From NCBI GenBank assembly GCA_963728565.1, contig CAVSLC010000013.1, forward strand, positions 224,001 through 288,000: a stretch of DNA of 64,000 nt, given 5' to 3'. The position numbers were made by a program, and so were the translations under genes. This DNA is from an uncultured delta proteobacterium (GTDB lineage Bacteria; Desulfobacterota; Binatia; UBA9968). Shown piece by piece: positions 1-11,479 of the stretch (position 1 is the first letter of the stretch; each line of letters opens with the position of its first letter). Under the pieces are notes generated by a model. It made no database searches. It was not told where the DNA came from and was given only the letters and a program-made list of their open reading frames with translations.

Positions 1-5
1 CGCGC

Positions 6-314
6 ATGGCACAGATAGCCCAGCGAATGATCCAGCAGAGTTTAGACGCTTTCGTTCGCGAGGATACCGATCTGGCGCTTAGGGTTTGTAAGGATGACAG
101 CGAGGTCGATCAACTCAATGCGCAGATTTTTCGTGAGATTCTCACATTCATGATCGAAAATGTTCAAACCATCAGCCGGGGAACAAAGATCAGTTCCGTA
201 TCAAAATACCTCGAGCGCATCGCCGATCATGCCACCAATATTGCCGAAATGGTTATATTCATGGTGAAGGGCAAGAGCATTCGGCACATGAAGGAACTGC
301 CGCCGTCGGTTTGA
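6..314 (+). CDS. phoU: Phosphate signalling regulator PhoU (5'-truncated by window edge)
   Basis: C-terminal PhoU repeat: DDSEVDQL...KYLERIADHATNIAE; directly upstream of phoB/phoR. Confidence 0.93.
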   Translation: MAQIAQRMIQQSLDAFVREDTDLALRVCKDDSEVDQLNAQIFREILTFMIENVQTISRGTKISSVSKYLERIADHATNIAEMVIFMVKGKSIRHMKELPPSV

Positions 315-316
315 TT

Positions 317-1040
317 ATGAGCGGCATACGTCAAAAAATTTTGGTCGTCGAAGACGAACCGGATATTCGGAAACTCATCCAATACAATCTGACGCAAGAG
401 CGCTATCTGGTGGTGGAAGCGGAAGATGGCGAGCAGGCTCTGAAATTAGTACAGCGCGATACACCGAGCCTTATAATTCTGGATCTGATGCTGCCGGGCC
501 TTTCGGGCTTGGAGCTATGCAAAATTCTCCGTGAGAGACCGGATACGGCACGGGTTCCCATTCTTATGTTGACTGCTAAAGCCGGAGAGGCCGATAAAGT
601 TGTCGGCTTGGAAATGGGCGCTGACGACTATCTATCAAAACCGTTTAGCCCGCGTGAGATGGTGGCCCGCGTCCGAGCCATTCTCCGCCGCACCGACTCT
701 TCCGCTGCGGCCGCGAGAAACTGCACCATCCTACCAAAAAGGGACGCTGAAGATTGATTACAGGACTTACGAGGTTTTTGCTCGAGGGCAACAAATCAGA
801 TTGACTCTGAAGGAATTTGAGCTTCTGCGTTTTTTGGTCCAGAATTCAAATCGCGTCCTGAGCCGCGACCAATTGCTTGACAGAGTTTGGGGTGGTGAAA
901 CCTTCGTTACTCCCAGAACTGTCGATGTTCACATCCGCCGTTTGCGTAAAGCGGTCGAAGAAGACGATCGCAGACCCAGGTTGATTTTGACGTTACGAGG
1001 AGTTGGCTATAAATTCGATGAGAAGGCTTTGGCGGAATAG
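317..1040 (+). CDS. phoB: OmpR-family response regulator PhoB, split by one frameshift near 715 (probable sequencing error)
   Basis: Receiver domain (ILVVEDE, LIILDLMLPG, KPF) in ORF 311-757; winged-helix domain (LTLKEFELL, RTVDVHIRRLR, RGVGY) in ORF 600-1040. Confidence 0.88.
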
Positions 1041-2823
1041 CCTTATCTCAAAAGTTTTCTTAAGTTACCTCGCCGTCGTTACCTTACTTTTCACCAGCTT
1101 CTATCTCTATTCCAGCACTGTTGTTAGGGATTTCTATGTGTCATCGCTCGGTGAAAGGCTCGAGCTTGAAGCTCGCCTATTAGCAAAGGCACTACCTTCT
1201 CTCTCAGACAACCACGAGTTTGACCTCCTGTGCCGAAACTTGGCGGCCGAGTTGGTAACCCGCATCACGATCGTCGGCGCTGATGGCCGAGTGCTATGCG
1301 ATTCGGTAGAGGCGTCGGCAACTATGGAAAATCACCGTTGGCGGCCAGAGGTTGTCGATGCCTTAAAGACTGGCTCCGGCTCCTCTTTTAGGTACAGCAC
1401 GACCACAGGCGAAGAGCTATTTTACCGCGCGTTTTTACAAGATGAGGGCGAAAGTCAAAGGATCGTGCGTTTGGCCATCGCTCTTGACGAAGTTCAGGCG
1501 GTTACAAATTCGTTGCGCCGCAGTCTTTTCCTCGGATTCCTTGTCGCCTCGGCGGTCGGCTTGCTCCTCGCCTTTGCCTTTTCCCGGCGCTTGAGCCGGC
1601 GCGTGAAGCGGCTAGTCGAATTTTCCGGTCAGGTGGCGGAAGGAGTTTTTCCACAGAACTTCTTCGGTAAATCGGGACGCGACGAAATTCACCGCTTAGA
1701 ACGCCACCTAAATGACATGAGTGAAAAGATTCGCCAAAATGTTCAGCAGGTTATCGCCGAAAAAGAAAAAGCAAATTCGATTTTGCGGGGCATGATGGAG
1801 GGCGTTTTAGTGATCGATCGAAAGGGACGAGTCTTGGTCATCAACGAGCAAGCGCAAAGAATGTTCAACCTATCTCCCGACCGAGACATCCGTGGCGCCT
1901 CCATATTAGAATTATCGCGCCATCCGGAGATGAAGAAATTAATCGAGCAGGTTTTGGTTTTTGATTTCACGAACGAGCCCTATTCCAGCCAGATTGAGTT
2001 GCATGAAGGTAGATGGTTTCGGATTAATGCGGTGAGCCTCAGGAACAATCAGAGTAGCACGTACGGTTCTATCTTGGTGTTCCACGATATTACAGAGGTT
2101 AAGAAATTGGAAAGAATACGCTCCGATTTCGTGGCAAACGTATCACATGAGCTGCGCACGCCGCTAACAGCGATTCGTGGCTATGCGGAAACCCTTCGTC
2201 AGACTCCGCCGGACGATCCAGCCGACGCACAACACTTTCTGAGTATCATAGAAAAACACGCTGAACGGCTCAGTCGCCTAACGGAAGACTTGCTGACACT
2301 CTCGGACCTCGAATCGGGCAAAATCGAAATAGATTTCAATCCGGTGGATATCAAACGTGTGGTGCAAAGCGTCTCAGAAGTGTTTTCGGACGCAGCCAAC
2401 AAGAAGCAGGTTACCTTAGAGCAGGTCATCGAACAGGGACTTCCTGCCGTGATGGGCGACGTTGATCGTTTGCAGCAACTCCTTATCAATCTCGTAGATA
2501 ATGCCGTCAAGTATACCCCGGTCAACGGAACAGTGACCGTCAAAGCTCAACGAATCACGATCAACAGCAGCATCGACGCAGTTGAACTTTCGGTTACCGA
2601 TACTGGCACCGGAATCCCCGAACACGCTATTCCGCGGCTCACCGAAAGATTTTACCGCGTCGACAAGGCGCGCTCCCGAGACTTGGGCGGCACCGGACTA
2701 GGCCTCGCAATCGTCAAACACATTGCGCAGGCGCATGGAGCAGAATTAAAGATCGAAAGTGCTCTGCACAAGGGCACCAAGGTTTCCGTGTTGCTGCGGA
2801 TAGCCGAGGAAGTATCGACATAA
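1003..2823 (+). CDS. phoR: Phosphate regulon sensor histidine kinase PhoR (TM-HAMP-PAS-HisKA-HATPase)
   Basis: FVANVSHELRTPLT H-box, NLVDNAVKY N-box, FYRVDKARSR, GTGLGLAIVKH; follows phoU-phoB. Confidence 0.92.
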   Translation: MAINSMRRLWRNSLISKVFLSYLAVVTLLFTSFYLYSSTVVRDFYVSSLGERLELEARLLAKALPSLSDNHEFDLLCRNLAAELVTRITIVGADGRVLCDSVEASATMENHRWRPEVVDALKTGSGSSFRYSTTTGEELFYRAFLQDEGESQRIVRLAIALDEVQAVTNSLRRSLFLGFLVASAVGLLLAFAFSRRLSRRVKRLVEFSGQVAEGVFPQNFFGKSGRDEIHRLERHLNDMSEKIRQNVQQVIAEKEKANSILRGMMEGVLVIDRKGRVLVINEQAQRMFNLSPDRDIRGASILELSRHPEMKKLIEQVLVFDFTNEPYSSQIELHEGRWFRINAVSLRNNQSSTYGSILVFHDITEVKKLERIRSDFVANVSHELRTPLTAIRGYAETLRQTPPDDPADAQHFLSIIEKHAERLSRLTEDLLTLSDLESGKIEIDFNPVDIKRVVQSVSEVFSDAANKKQVTLEQVIEQGLPAVMGDVDRLQQLLINLVDNAVKYTPVNGTVTVKAQRITINSSIDAVELSVTDTGTGIPEHAIPRLTERFYRVDKARSRDLGGTGLGLAIVKHIAQAHGAELKIESALHKGTKVSVLLRIAEEVST

Positions 2824-3277
2824 AAATTACTTTTCTCTGCACCACCAAACTCATAACTCAACCAAATGGCCGACGCTTCGGTCGATCACAGGACGAGCGG
2901 GACGGCGAATTTATTTCCTGGCATCACCCCAGCCCGATCCTTGCCTTGGCATTATCCGACCGAGCACTGACCAACAAAGTCGTCATTCAGCTTCAGAATG
3001 AAGGTCGTACACCTTTCGGCGCCGTCGCAACCCGTAACGATGATCGATTCGTGGGTCGATACCTCCTCCCCTCGGTTTTGATATGGGACAAATGTCGATT
3101 GCGACCTCTACCATCGCCCACTCTCTTCAAGGATTCAGAAGGGTCGCAATCACGATCACCGGGTTCAGCAGCTATACGTCTTCTAACGCCGTTAAGGAGG
3201 CCCACGTTTGCAGAGCTAACCTTGACAATGACTGAAGCCTACTGCTAGATAGAAAGCTTCACCAGCAATGCATCGGT

Positions 3278-3892
3278 ATGTTCAATTTCGCTCCGCATAA
3301 AGAAAAGTTTTTTGATCTGTTCAAGCAAGCCGCGGAAAATGCTCTGGCTGGCGCTCGAGCGCTCAAAGAAATGCTTGAACATTACGATAACCCTGAAGAG
3401 TCTTGGAGGAAAATCAAAGACCTGGAGCATGAAGGAGATCGTATTACACACAGGACAATCCGCAGCTTAAATCAAACCTTCCTCACTCCGATTGACGCCG
3501 AAGATATTCACGCGCTGATTACTGCGTTGGATAATGTGATGGACGCAATCGAGGCTGCGGCGTCGCGCATGGTCCTTTTTCGCATTGACGCTCCCACCGC
3601 CGAAGCTAGAGAACTGAGCGACATCATCGTGACATCCACAGAACAACTCGTTAAAGCGGTTTCACACATGCCGCGATTGGATGATATCGACGAGTATTGC
3701 ATCGAAATCAACCGGCTTGAAAACACCGCGGACGACATTTATCGCAAAGCCATTGGTCGGCTCTTTGAAAACGGAACGCCTCCTCTGGACGTCATCAAAT
3801 GGCTCGACGTTTACGAAATCCTCGAATCTGCTACTGACCGCTGCGAAGACGTAGCGAACACTCTCGAGACCGTCGGTCTGAAAAACTCCTAA
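3278..3892 (+). CDS. DUF47 / PhoU-like Pit accessory protein
   Basis: LEHEGDRI, TFLTPIDAEDI, LESATDRCEDVAN motifs; adjacent to pit. Confidence 0.9.
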   Translation: MFNFAPHKEKFFDLFKQAAENALAGARALKEMLEHYDNPEESWRKIKDLEHEGDRITHRTIRSLNQTFLTPIDAEDIHALITALDNVMDAIEAAASRMVLFRIDAPTAEARELSDIIVTSTEQLVKAVSHMPRLDDIDEYCIEINRLENTADDIYRKAIGRLFENGTPPLDVIKWLDVYEILESATDRCEDVANTLETVGLKNS

Positions 3893-3912
3893 GCGCTCCA
3901 TCAGCCCTCAAC

Positions 3913-4911
3913 ATGCTCGACGGCAACCTGTTGCTTCTTCTGGTCCTGGGACTCATTCTGGCCGCCGAATTCGTCAACGGGTGGACCGACTCACCGAACG
4001 CTATCGCCACGGTTGTTTCGACACGAGTGCTTCCGCCTTATCAGGCGCTGATCATGGCGACGGTGCTCAATGCCATAGGCGCCATGTCGGGCACCGCGGT
4101 CGCGGCAACGATTGGCAAGGATATCGTACGTCCAGAAATCATCAATCTTACTACTGTGGCGGCTGCTATGGTTGGAATCATCGTCTGGAGCACGCTGGCG
4201 TGGTACTACGGGTTACCGACAAGCGAAAGTCATGCTCTCATCGCCGGCTTGACGGGCGCCGGACTCGCCACCGCTGGTCCTGAAAGCCTGCTCTGGACGG
4301 GCTGGAGCAAGGTCCTAATCGGTCTGGTATTTTCCTCATTTTTGGGTTTCGGTGGCGGCTTGTTGCTGATGGGCGTTTTATACCGCGCGCTGGCTCACAG
4401 CCGACCGGGTAAAGTCCGGCGCACCTTTGGACGCCTGCAGATTCTCTCGGCAGCGTTCATGGCATTTAGTCATGGTTCCAACGACGGCCAGAAATTCATC
4501 GGCGTGTTTACTTTGGCTCTCCTACTTGGCGGAATTTTACCCGAATTCAGGGTGCCGATCTGGGTGATCTTACTTTGTGCTGTGACAATGGGTGTAGGTA
4601 CCGCCGTCGGCGGATGGCGGATTGTTCGTACGATGGGACTGCGCCTCACCAAGCTTGAACCGGTTCATGGCTTCGCCGCCGAAACTGCCGCTGCGGTCAC
4701 AATCGAGGTGGCCACTCGGCTCGGGATCCCGGTCAGTACAACTCAAACCATCAACACGGCCATCATAGGCGTCGGTGCCACTCGGAGGCTCTCGGCCGTG
4801 CGCTGGGGGGTAACGTTCGAAATCGTTACCGCGTGGATACTGACATTTCCGGTTTGTGGTGCGATCGGCTGGTTGGCGACGAAACTTTTTATCTTCTTTC
4901 AAGCGATATGA
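3913..4911 (+). CDS. pit: Inorganic phosphate transporter, PiT family
   Basis: NGWTDSPNAIAT, GLPTSESHAL, HGSNDGQK, GIPVSTT signature motifs. Confidence 0.93.
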   Translation: MLDGNLLLLLVLGLILAAEFVNGWTDSPNAIATVVSTRVLPPYQALIMATVLNAIGAMSGTAVAATIGKDIVRPEIINLTTVAAAMVGIIVWSTLAWYYGLPTSESHALIAGLTGAGLATAGPESLLWTGWSKVLIGLVFSSFLGFGGGLLLMGVLYRALAHSRPGKVRRTFGRLQILSAAFMAFSHGSNDGQKFIGVFTLALLLGGILPEFRVPIWVILLCAVTMGVGTAVGGWRIVRTMGLRLTKLEPVHGFAAETAAAVTIEVATRLGIPVSTTQTINTAIIGVGATRRLSAVRWGVTFEIVTAWILTFPVCGAIGWLATKLFIFFQAI

Positions 4912-4935
4912 TAGCGCTTGCCCGGCTCACGAAAC

Positions 4936-5229
4936 TTAGCGCGATGTGAACGAGTAACTTCTGACGGTATTATCCTTGTTGAAGACCACGTACAGATCTT
5001 TGGACTCGCGCAGCTGCCCGAGCTCGTAGTATTGATAACTGTAGACCCAAGTTTCCAGGCCGTTTTCTAGGCCTCTTCTCATTGGTTCACCAAAGTCTGC
5101 ATAAATTTCCCTCTGAGTCGTCACATCGTTTCTGATATTCCTTACCGGCGAGATATCGAAGTTGCGACCCTGATAGAAACATCCGGATAGTATCAGCAAA
5201 GCAAAAATGGCTAGAATGATGCGCCCCAT
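4936..5229 (-). CDS. Small lipoprotein, SmpA/BamE-like fold
   Basis: Lipobox LSGC after a hydrophobic signal; FGEP...WVY pattern. Confidence 0.65.
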   Translation of the reverse strand: MGRIILAIFALLILSGCFYQGRNFDISPVRNIRNDVTTQREIYADFGEPMRRGLENGLETWVYSYQYYELGQLRESKDLYVVFNKDNTVRSYSFTSR

Positions 5230-5236
5230 GTTAGTC

Positions 5237-5857
5237 CTATATCTCTCTCCTGCCTTCAAGAGCTTTACCCAACGTCACCGCATCGGTATATTCAAGATCG
5301 CCGCCCATCGGTAGCCCACGGGCTATTCGGGTTACCGAAACGCCCAACGGTTTGATTACTTTGGATAGATAAAGCGCGGTTGCCTCCCCATCCATCGTCG
5401 GATTGGTGGCGACGATAATTTCTTGAACCACTTCGCTCTTGATTCTTGCGAGCAATTCTTTGATGCGTAATGCATCCGGCCCGATACCGTCCAATGGTGA
5501 GATGGTTCCATGAAGCACGTGATAGAGCCCGCGAAATTCCTGTGACCTTTCTACCGCGATCAAATCCGACGGCTCTTCAACAACGCAGATGCTCTGCTGG
5601 TCTCGTTCAGGATTTCGGCAAATTATGCAAACACTCGTTTCGCCGCTTTGCGGATCAACCTCGCTGAATCCGAAGCAAATTCGGCAAAGCCCCATTTCTT
5701 TGCGCAACTTGCCGATACTGTCGGCAAGATTGAAAACATCATCTTTCTTTCCTTTTAACATGTGGAATGCCAGGCGCGCCGCCGTTTTTTCCCCAATTCC
5801 AGGAAGCTTCGATAACTCTTGAACCAGCCGTGCAAGAGGCGCGGGATAAGCACTCAT
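5237..5857 (-). CDS. recR: Recombination mediator RecR
   Basis: LPGIGEKTAARLA HhH, C4 zinc finger, Toprim EIIVATNPTMDGEAT. Confidence 0.97.
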   Translation of the reverse strand: MSAYPAPLARLVQELSKLPGIGEKTAARLAFHMLKGKKDDVFNLADSIGKLRKEMGLCRICFGFSEVDPQSGETSVCIICRNPERDQQSICVVEEPSDLIAVERSQEFRGLYHVLHGTISPLDGIGPDALRIKELLARIKSEVVQEIIVATNPTMDGEATALYLSKVIKPLGVSVTRIARGLPMGGDLEYTDAVTLGKALEGRREI

Positions 5858-6180
5858 ATGGACAGTCCCGGAATTTTAAGCCCCCCGGTAATCTTACTCA
5901 TCTCCGATGAAGCCATGTCACGTGCCTTACGCATACCATCATTAATTGCAGCCATAATTAGATCCTCAAGCATCTCTTTTTCTTCGGAATTGATTACGCT
6001 TGGATCGATCTTAATCGCCGTAAGTGCAAGCTGACCATTCACCGTCACCTGAACCATACCACCGCCGGCCGATCCATCCACGGTTTTTTGTGCCAACTCT
6101 TCCTGGATCTTTGCCATACGTGACTGCATTTCCTGCGCCTGTTTGAGCAAATTACCCATTCCGCCAATTCCTTTAGCCAT
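5854..6180 (-). CDS. ybaB: YbaB/EbfC nucleoid-associated protein
   Basis: KQAQEMQ...GSAGGGMV...EDLIMAAIN; canonical dnaX-ybaB-recR order. Confidence 0.95.
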   Translation of the reverse strand: MAKGIGGMGNLLKQAQEMQSRMAKIQEELAQKTVDGSAGGGMVQVTVNGQLALTAIKIDPSVINSEEKEMLEDLIMAAINDGMRKARDMASSEMSKITGGLKIPGLSI

Positions 6181-6215
6181 GGATCCTCCTATTTTAACCG
6201 GTAAATCGATCTTCC

Positions 6216-7883
6216 TTAGATTTTGTCGGTCCGAACTCCTTTAATCGAGCCGCCGAAAATCCGCAGCGCTTCCTTAACCATTTCGCTGCCGCTCTCACCG
6301 CTTGCCAGGGCCCCCTGCTGAGACCTGGCAGGTGCAGCGTCCAACTGGCTCAACTGGATTGTCATCTCGCGCGAAAAGAAACGTTTCGCAAAGCTTCTCA
6401 AGAGAGTCATGTTCTCGAGATCTTGGAGATAGTTAAGATGATGCTTCTCGGCAATCCCTATGGTCAAAGATTCGGGTGCAATAGCGACAGCGCTGCCGGA
6501 CTCCAAATGGGACGCCAATAGTTTCTTCTCTTTGCCGATAAACGAGACAAACGTCCGCCAGACCTGGTCTTTGTCCTGTGAAATGGCAGACGCTGAAGAC
6601 GGCGCGGTGGTCGCTTCGACGGGATCTGGACTAACGTCACTCGAGAGCCGCGGTGCTAGCGTTTTGATTCCCACAGGAGCTGCTTCTCGCTCGCTGACTA
6701 GCCGGGTCTCAAGCTGTGTGAGCCGTTCGATCAGTTGACTAACCGGAAGAGTTTTAGGCAGCATCGCTAATCGCACTAGCAGCGTCTCCAAAATGAAACG
6801 AGGATTGGCGGAGCGCGCGATCTCGTCCTCCCCCGCTGCCATAAGCTCGAAATAATCCAATAAAGTATCAAGAGATACGTTTGCCACCTGGGAGCCCAAC
6901 GCCATGACCTCTTGGTCCGGCAAATCGAGAAGTTCCGCTCGCTCTTGATCCGCAAGATCCTTTGGTTTTTTTTGTCCACATAGCTGCGCAACCATCAGAT
7001 TTCGAAAATGCTCCACCAAATCTTTTGACAACCGGTTCAAGTCGCGTCCCTGCTCGGCGGCCTGCCCCACCAATTCCAGGCATCGTTTACCATCGCCGCC
7101 GATGATTGACGCTGAGATCTCAAAAAGCATGCGCCTTTCGGCCAGCCCTAACACCTCCTGCAGCAATATTTCATCTACTTCAGTTGCTTGCTCTGTCCCG
7201 AAGCAGGATAACACTTGCTCCAATAACGACTGAGCGTCTCGCATGCTTCCGTCCGCTTCGCGAGCAACCGCTATCAAAGCGCCTTGGCTGATCTTGAGAC
7301 CTTCTCTGGCGGAAATGTCAGCTAACCGTTGAACTATTTCTTTCAGCGATATGCGCCGGAAATCAAAGCGCTGGCAGCGAGACAAGATTGTCTCGGGCAA
7401 CCGATGCGGCTCGGTGGTGGCAAGAATGAATTTCACCGAGGCTGGAGGCTCCTCAAGGGTTTTCAGCAGTGCGTTGAACGCGTCTTTAGTAACCTGGTGC
7501 ACTTCATCGATAATGTAAATCTTGAACGCGCAGCGCGCCGGTTGATAGCGAACGTTTTCGATGATCTGACGAACCTCATCGATTCCGCGATTAGAGGCGC
7601 CATCAATTTCGATTACATCGATGCAATTTCCCTGGATGATTTCTTTGCACTGAACGCATTCGTTACAAGGGGTTGGAGTCGGACCCTTAGCGCAATTGAG
7701 TGCTTTGGCGAGAATCCTAGCTGCGGTTGTTTTCCCGACTCCGCGAACGCCAGTAAACAGGTAGGCGTGAGCTATACGGCCTGCTCGTATAGCATTCTGT
7801 AAGGTGCGAGTGATGTGACTTTGCCCCGAGACATCTTCAAAGTTCTGAGGGCGCCACTTACGCGCGAGGACTAGATAAGACAT
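6216..7883 (-). CDS. dnaX: DNA polymerase III subunit gamma/tau
   Basis: SYLVLARKWRP, GVGKTT Walker A, DEVH Walker B, SRC motif. Confidence 0.97.
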   Translation of the reverse strand: MSYLVLARKWRPQNFEDVSGQSHITRTLQNAIRAGRIAHAYLFTGVRGVGKTTAARILAKALNCAKGPTPTPCNECVQCKEIIQGNCIDVIEIDGASNRGIDEVRQIIENVRYQPARCAFKIYIIDEVHQVTKDAFNALLKTLEEPPASVKFILATTEPHRLPETILSRCQRFDFRRISLKEIVQRLADISAREGLKISQGALIAVAREADGSMRDAQSLLEQVLSCFGTEQATEVDEILLQEVLGLAERRMLFEISASIIGGDGKRCLELVGQAAEQGRDLNRLSKDLVEHFRNLMVAQLCGQKKPKDLADQERAELLDLPDQEVMALGSQVANVSLDTLLDYFELMAAGEDEIARSANPRFILETLLVRLAMLPKTLPVSQLIERLTQLETRLVSEREAAPVGIKTLAPRLSSDVSPDPVEATTAPSSASAISQDKDQVWRTFVSFIGKEKKLLASHLESGSAVAIAPESLTIGIAEKHHLNYLQDLENMTLLRSFAKRFFSREMTIQLSQLDAAPARSQQGALASGESGSEMVKEALRIFGGSIKGVRTDKI

Positions 7884-7929
7884 ACGGTTCCTTCGAGATT
7901 TTCAGCGAAAGGTCAGATCGCTAAACAGA

Positions 7930-8170
7930 GACGCGATCTAAGATTTTGCCACGAGTTAGCGAAGAGATTGGGATGCCCATTGCTGACAGCCAGGCTACCC
8001 TGTGGCACAGGGGAATTCCGGTACCGCTGCTTCCTTCCGGACCTGACGGGGTTCGCGGCTCCTTCTTGCACAGGACCTAACTATCAGCAATCGACATCCG
8101 ATTTCGGGAAATAGCGTCGGACTAAACGCACTTGTATTTACAGTCCGACTTTGCTTCCATCGCCCGCGTT
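7930..8170 (-). ncRNA. ffs: Signal recognition particle RNA with extended helix and 5' domain (ends approximate)
   Basis: Minus strand contains the domain IV core GTCAGGTCCGGAAGGAAGCAGC, flanked by a long helix (GATGTCGATTGCTGATAGTTAGG / CCTGGCTGTCAGCAATGGGCATC); usual position upstream of dnaX. Confidence 0.9.
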
Positions 8171-8177
8171 TTTTATG

Positions 8178-8269
<92 letters not shown>

Positions 8270-9943
8270 CTCTGTTATCCATTTATCCAGGTTAGGACGA
8301 CACAACGCGCGCACCAAAGAAATTACCACAGCGGGGTTTTGTTTTCCACAAAGCCAAGCGTCGAGTTTCAAGTTGGCACTTCGCGGCCTCGGCGATTCAC
8401 CTAATTGGCTCTATCAAGCTCGCTAGTCGTTCGATTGAGACCGGCTAGACGACGCTCATCGACTCTGATCCAACTGCCGCTGTATGTATCTTATACTGCT
8501 GCCGCGTTCGAGCGCGAACTTGCGCGCGTGTAAATCATCACCAGATTTGCTCCCGACCAAGCGATACTCACAATTTGAATCCGTGCTCGGGTGCGGTTCG
8601 TTTCATATCCCTACCCACGCTGGGCTCGGACCTGCGAGCCTGGGAAAGCGGCCTCGCGAAATCCACAAAGAATCCACGACAGAACAGAGCGATCAAAAAA
8701 CTGCAAAAAGATAGGGCTCAAAAATCCTCACGCGATCGCTCTACCGCCTAACCCTACAAACGCCGCTCGTAAACGGCGGTAGAAAAGAGGCAATGTGTTC
8801 CAGCGATAATGGAGTAGGAGATGCCGCCTGCGCGGCGAAAACGGCTCCTTGATGGTTATGGGCGTGCAAATTCTTCCAGATGGTAATTGCCCTGATCTTC
8901 AAACTTCAGTGGGTTTTGATCAGAAGCATCGAGAGTGCCTGCCCCTTTACTGTTGTTCATCCAATTGATTTGGCTGGTACATTGTAACACCGACAAACGA
9001 ACCCGATGAGTAGGTGATGTTGATTTAACAGGCAAAGCTGCCGGCGATTCGCGGAGAAAACGCTCTCGTATTCGTTCCGAAAACTCTCCAAGTTATTGAC
9101 TGTCCGATGAGAGTGAGGGCACAACGATTGCTCAAGCGCTGGTCGCCGGGGCGAAGAAGCGCAACTTGCTACTACACCATGGCTCTTCGTTCCCGGCGCC
9201 GCTGTTTAGAACTCGATCGCAATGAGATTGAAGCGCATGAATGAAGTTATAAGGGCAAAGGGAAAAACCTGCATATGGCAGTCTAGCAGCCTCCTAGTCG
9301 AGCTGAACAGCTATATTCGTTAGAAAAGCCCCCAGCTTAATCCTAATGGACATGACGATACCGGTGATAGACAGCCGATCGACGGCCAGCGCTTTGCGCC
9401 TCTGCAACGAAGGCCTCCAATTCTGACGATACCGGCCCGGCTCCTCTGAAGATCTCGAATCGCGTTGGACTCCGGCTATGATACTTAATGGTGCGGTTTG
9501 CTGTATAATCCTAAGCTTCTTAGAAGCACTCGCTAGGCGATGAAATGATGAGGGCAGCAGTTACCGCACCAAAAGAATACCGACTGAAAGGGGCTGAAGA
9601 CTATGGGAAAGTACCTGGCCCGCGCTTGTCCGCGATGTAACGACTATCTTGGAATTGTGCTGCGCGCGCCCGAACGCATACGGGGCTCCGGGCCATATTC
9701 GGTCACTGCTTCGAATGCCATCATCGCTTGGCGTGGTTACTGATCCCAGGAAAAGCACTGTCCTCTTGCAACCTACCTAAGAGTAGTCGTCCATCGGTGT
9801 TGGCTCTCCGGCCGATGGCTAGCTCAGGTCCCACCACACGGGTCCGGTGACAGTTACGAGAGACACGCGACAAGCAAATCAGAACGAACGAAGAGCGGCC
9901 GGGCGGTTTGGGCGTAATTACGGGCACGAAAACTGCTGGGAAG

Positions 9944-10303
9944 CTAGATTAGCCGCTCAATTTTTCTACGTAGTTGTCCCACAGTAAATGGCTTGACGAT
10001 ATAGTCGTCGCATCCAGCTGTAATGCATCGCTGAAGGTCGGAAGGCCGAATCAAGACTGTTGCTGCAAGGACGGGGATATCCTTGGTTTGGGGATTGCCG
10101 CGCAGGATCCGAGTCGCCTCCCATCCAGAGATTTCGGGCATCATAATGTCCATCAGGATCAGATCGGGTTTCTCAGCCAGAGCCTTCTCGACACCTTCCC
10201 GACCATTTCTTGAGGTGATTGCGGTGAAGCCCATGAGATCAAGTATCCTTACAAGAATTTCACGCATGTCCGCGTGATTTTCGATGATTAAGATTTTCAT
10301 CAT
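9944..10303 (-). CDS. Single-domain response regulator (DivK/CheY-like)
   Basis: KILIIE, PDLILMDIMMP, GCDDYIVKPF. Confidence 0.88.
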   Translation of the reverse strand: MMKILIIENHADMREILVRILDLMGFTAITSRNGREGVEKALAEKPDLILMDIMMPEISGWEATRILRGNPQTKDIPVLAATVLIRPSDLQRCITAGCDDYIVKPFTVGQLRRKIERLI

Positions 10304-11479
10304 CGCATTTAGACAAGATAATGGTCAGGTGGATGTTGCATTATGTTCAAGGTATATACACTGCATAACTTTGTCCTGCCTGTCGGAGTCAGTTACCGAT
10401 AACCTGCCTAAACAGTCCAGAATCGTTCCCATCTCCCATACCTCGAGCGAAGCGATCCAGTCACTCCCGAAATCATAGAACGCGATCTTTGCTGCCTCGG
10501 ATTAGAGTGATTTCTCAGCCTGATGTTTGCGAACGTTAGCAAAAAGCGAAGATTCAGTGAGGCTATCGTTCGTCAGCATCGTTCCAAAACCTTTGCGGTC
10601 GCTGATTTAACGTTCATCATTAAATGAAATGCCCGGCCGCCCCGGCAACCGTCAGTCAGATTGCTTCAGGCAGTTCATACCTGCGATTTTGTCGCGTATC
10701 CCTACCACGTTTTCGCAGCGTAGCCAAATCAAGACATCCCTTACCATGGCATCTTCGTTGCCCGGTGATGTTAATGCGAACGATCACATGCAAGCGTCAC
10801 CGGTTGTCTGAAGAATCGATATGAATGAAAATTTGTTTGAAGCAGTTTTGATTGTTGCACTGGTAGTCCTCACCCTGCTGTTCCTGAAATTCGCTTCGTA
10901 AAATTCCTGCCAGGGATAACTTGCGCACCCGCTGCTGCATGAAATTTATCCGATTTGTCTCTCCCGGTAATGTGCCAACCGAGAGAGCACCATCCACCAC
11001 ACAGCAAGGCAATCAGTGGACCGCCTAGCGTTTGTACACTTTCGATATCCTTTATGAATCGATCTTCATTGGGTGGGGATTACACTTGCCAGCCGAGGCA
11101 CACGGCTTTGATATTAGCTGAGCACGAGCAAGTTTCAGGGAGTAATCCGTTCATGCTCGCAAGGAAACGACTCTCCCCGTCTCCTTGGTTGTAGTTTCCG
11201 TTCTCTGTTGCTCATTCATATCAAATTCCAGCACAATAATTCGGCTGAATACGCTGTCCACATGGAACTACAGAGGCTGTTATGGATTGAAAGCTTGGCA
11301 AAAACAATCAGGCGACCTGAGCCCGTAAACAGCTACCCGGGACTGCTCCGGGCATTTTCTACCTACATTTCTGTCGCGTTTTGCTCCCGTCTTTTCATAC
11401 CGCGGCAAAGCATGGATTACGCTCCACTGGCGTTTGGATTGCAGTAAGTCTTAATTGTCGGCGAAAAGAAGGAGAGCAC

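Noticed and set aside
2946-3248. 100-aa ORF between phoR and DUF47
   Set aside because: No recognisable motif or RBS; more likely promoter or intergenic DNA. No convincing Pho box could be read.
6966-6973. A8 run in dnaX as a programmed gamma/tau frameshift site
   Set aside because: It lies near codon 304, within the clamp-loader core and too early for a functional gamma; no clear stimulatory hairpin seen.
8850-9240. Possible decayed DEDDh exonuclease on the minus strand (MRFNLIAIEF*TA...)
   Set aside because: The resemblance is limited to a few residues across several frames with stops; not supportable without a search.
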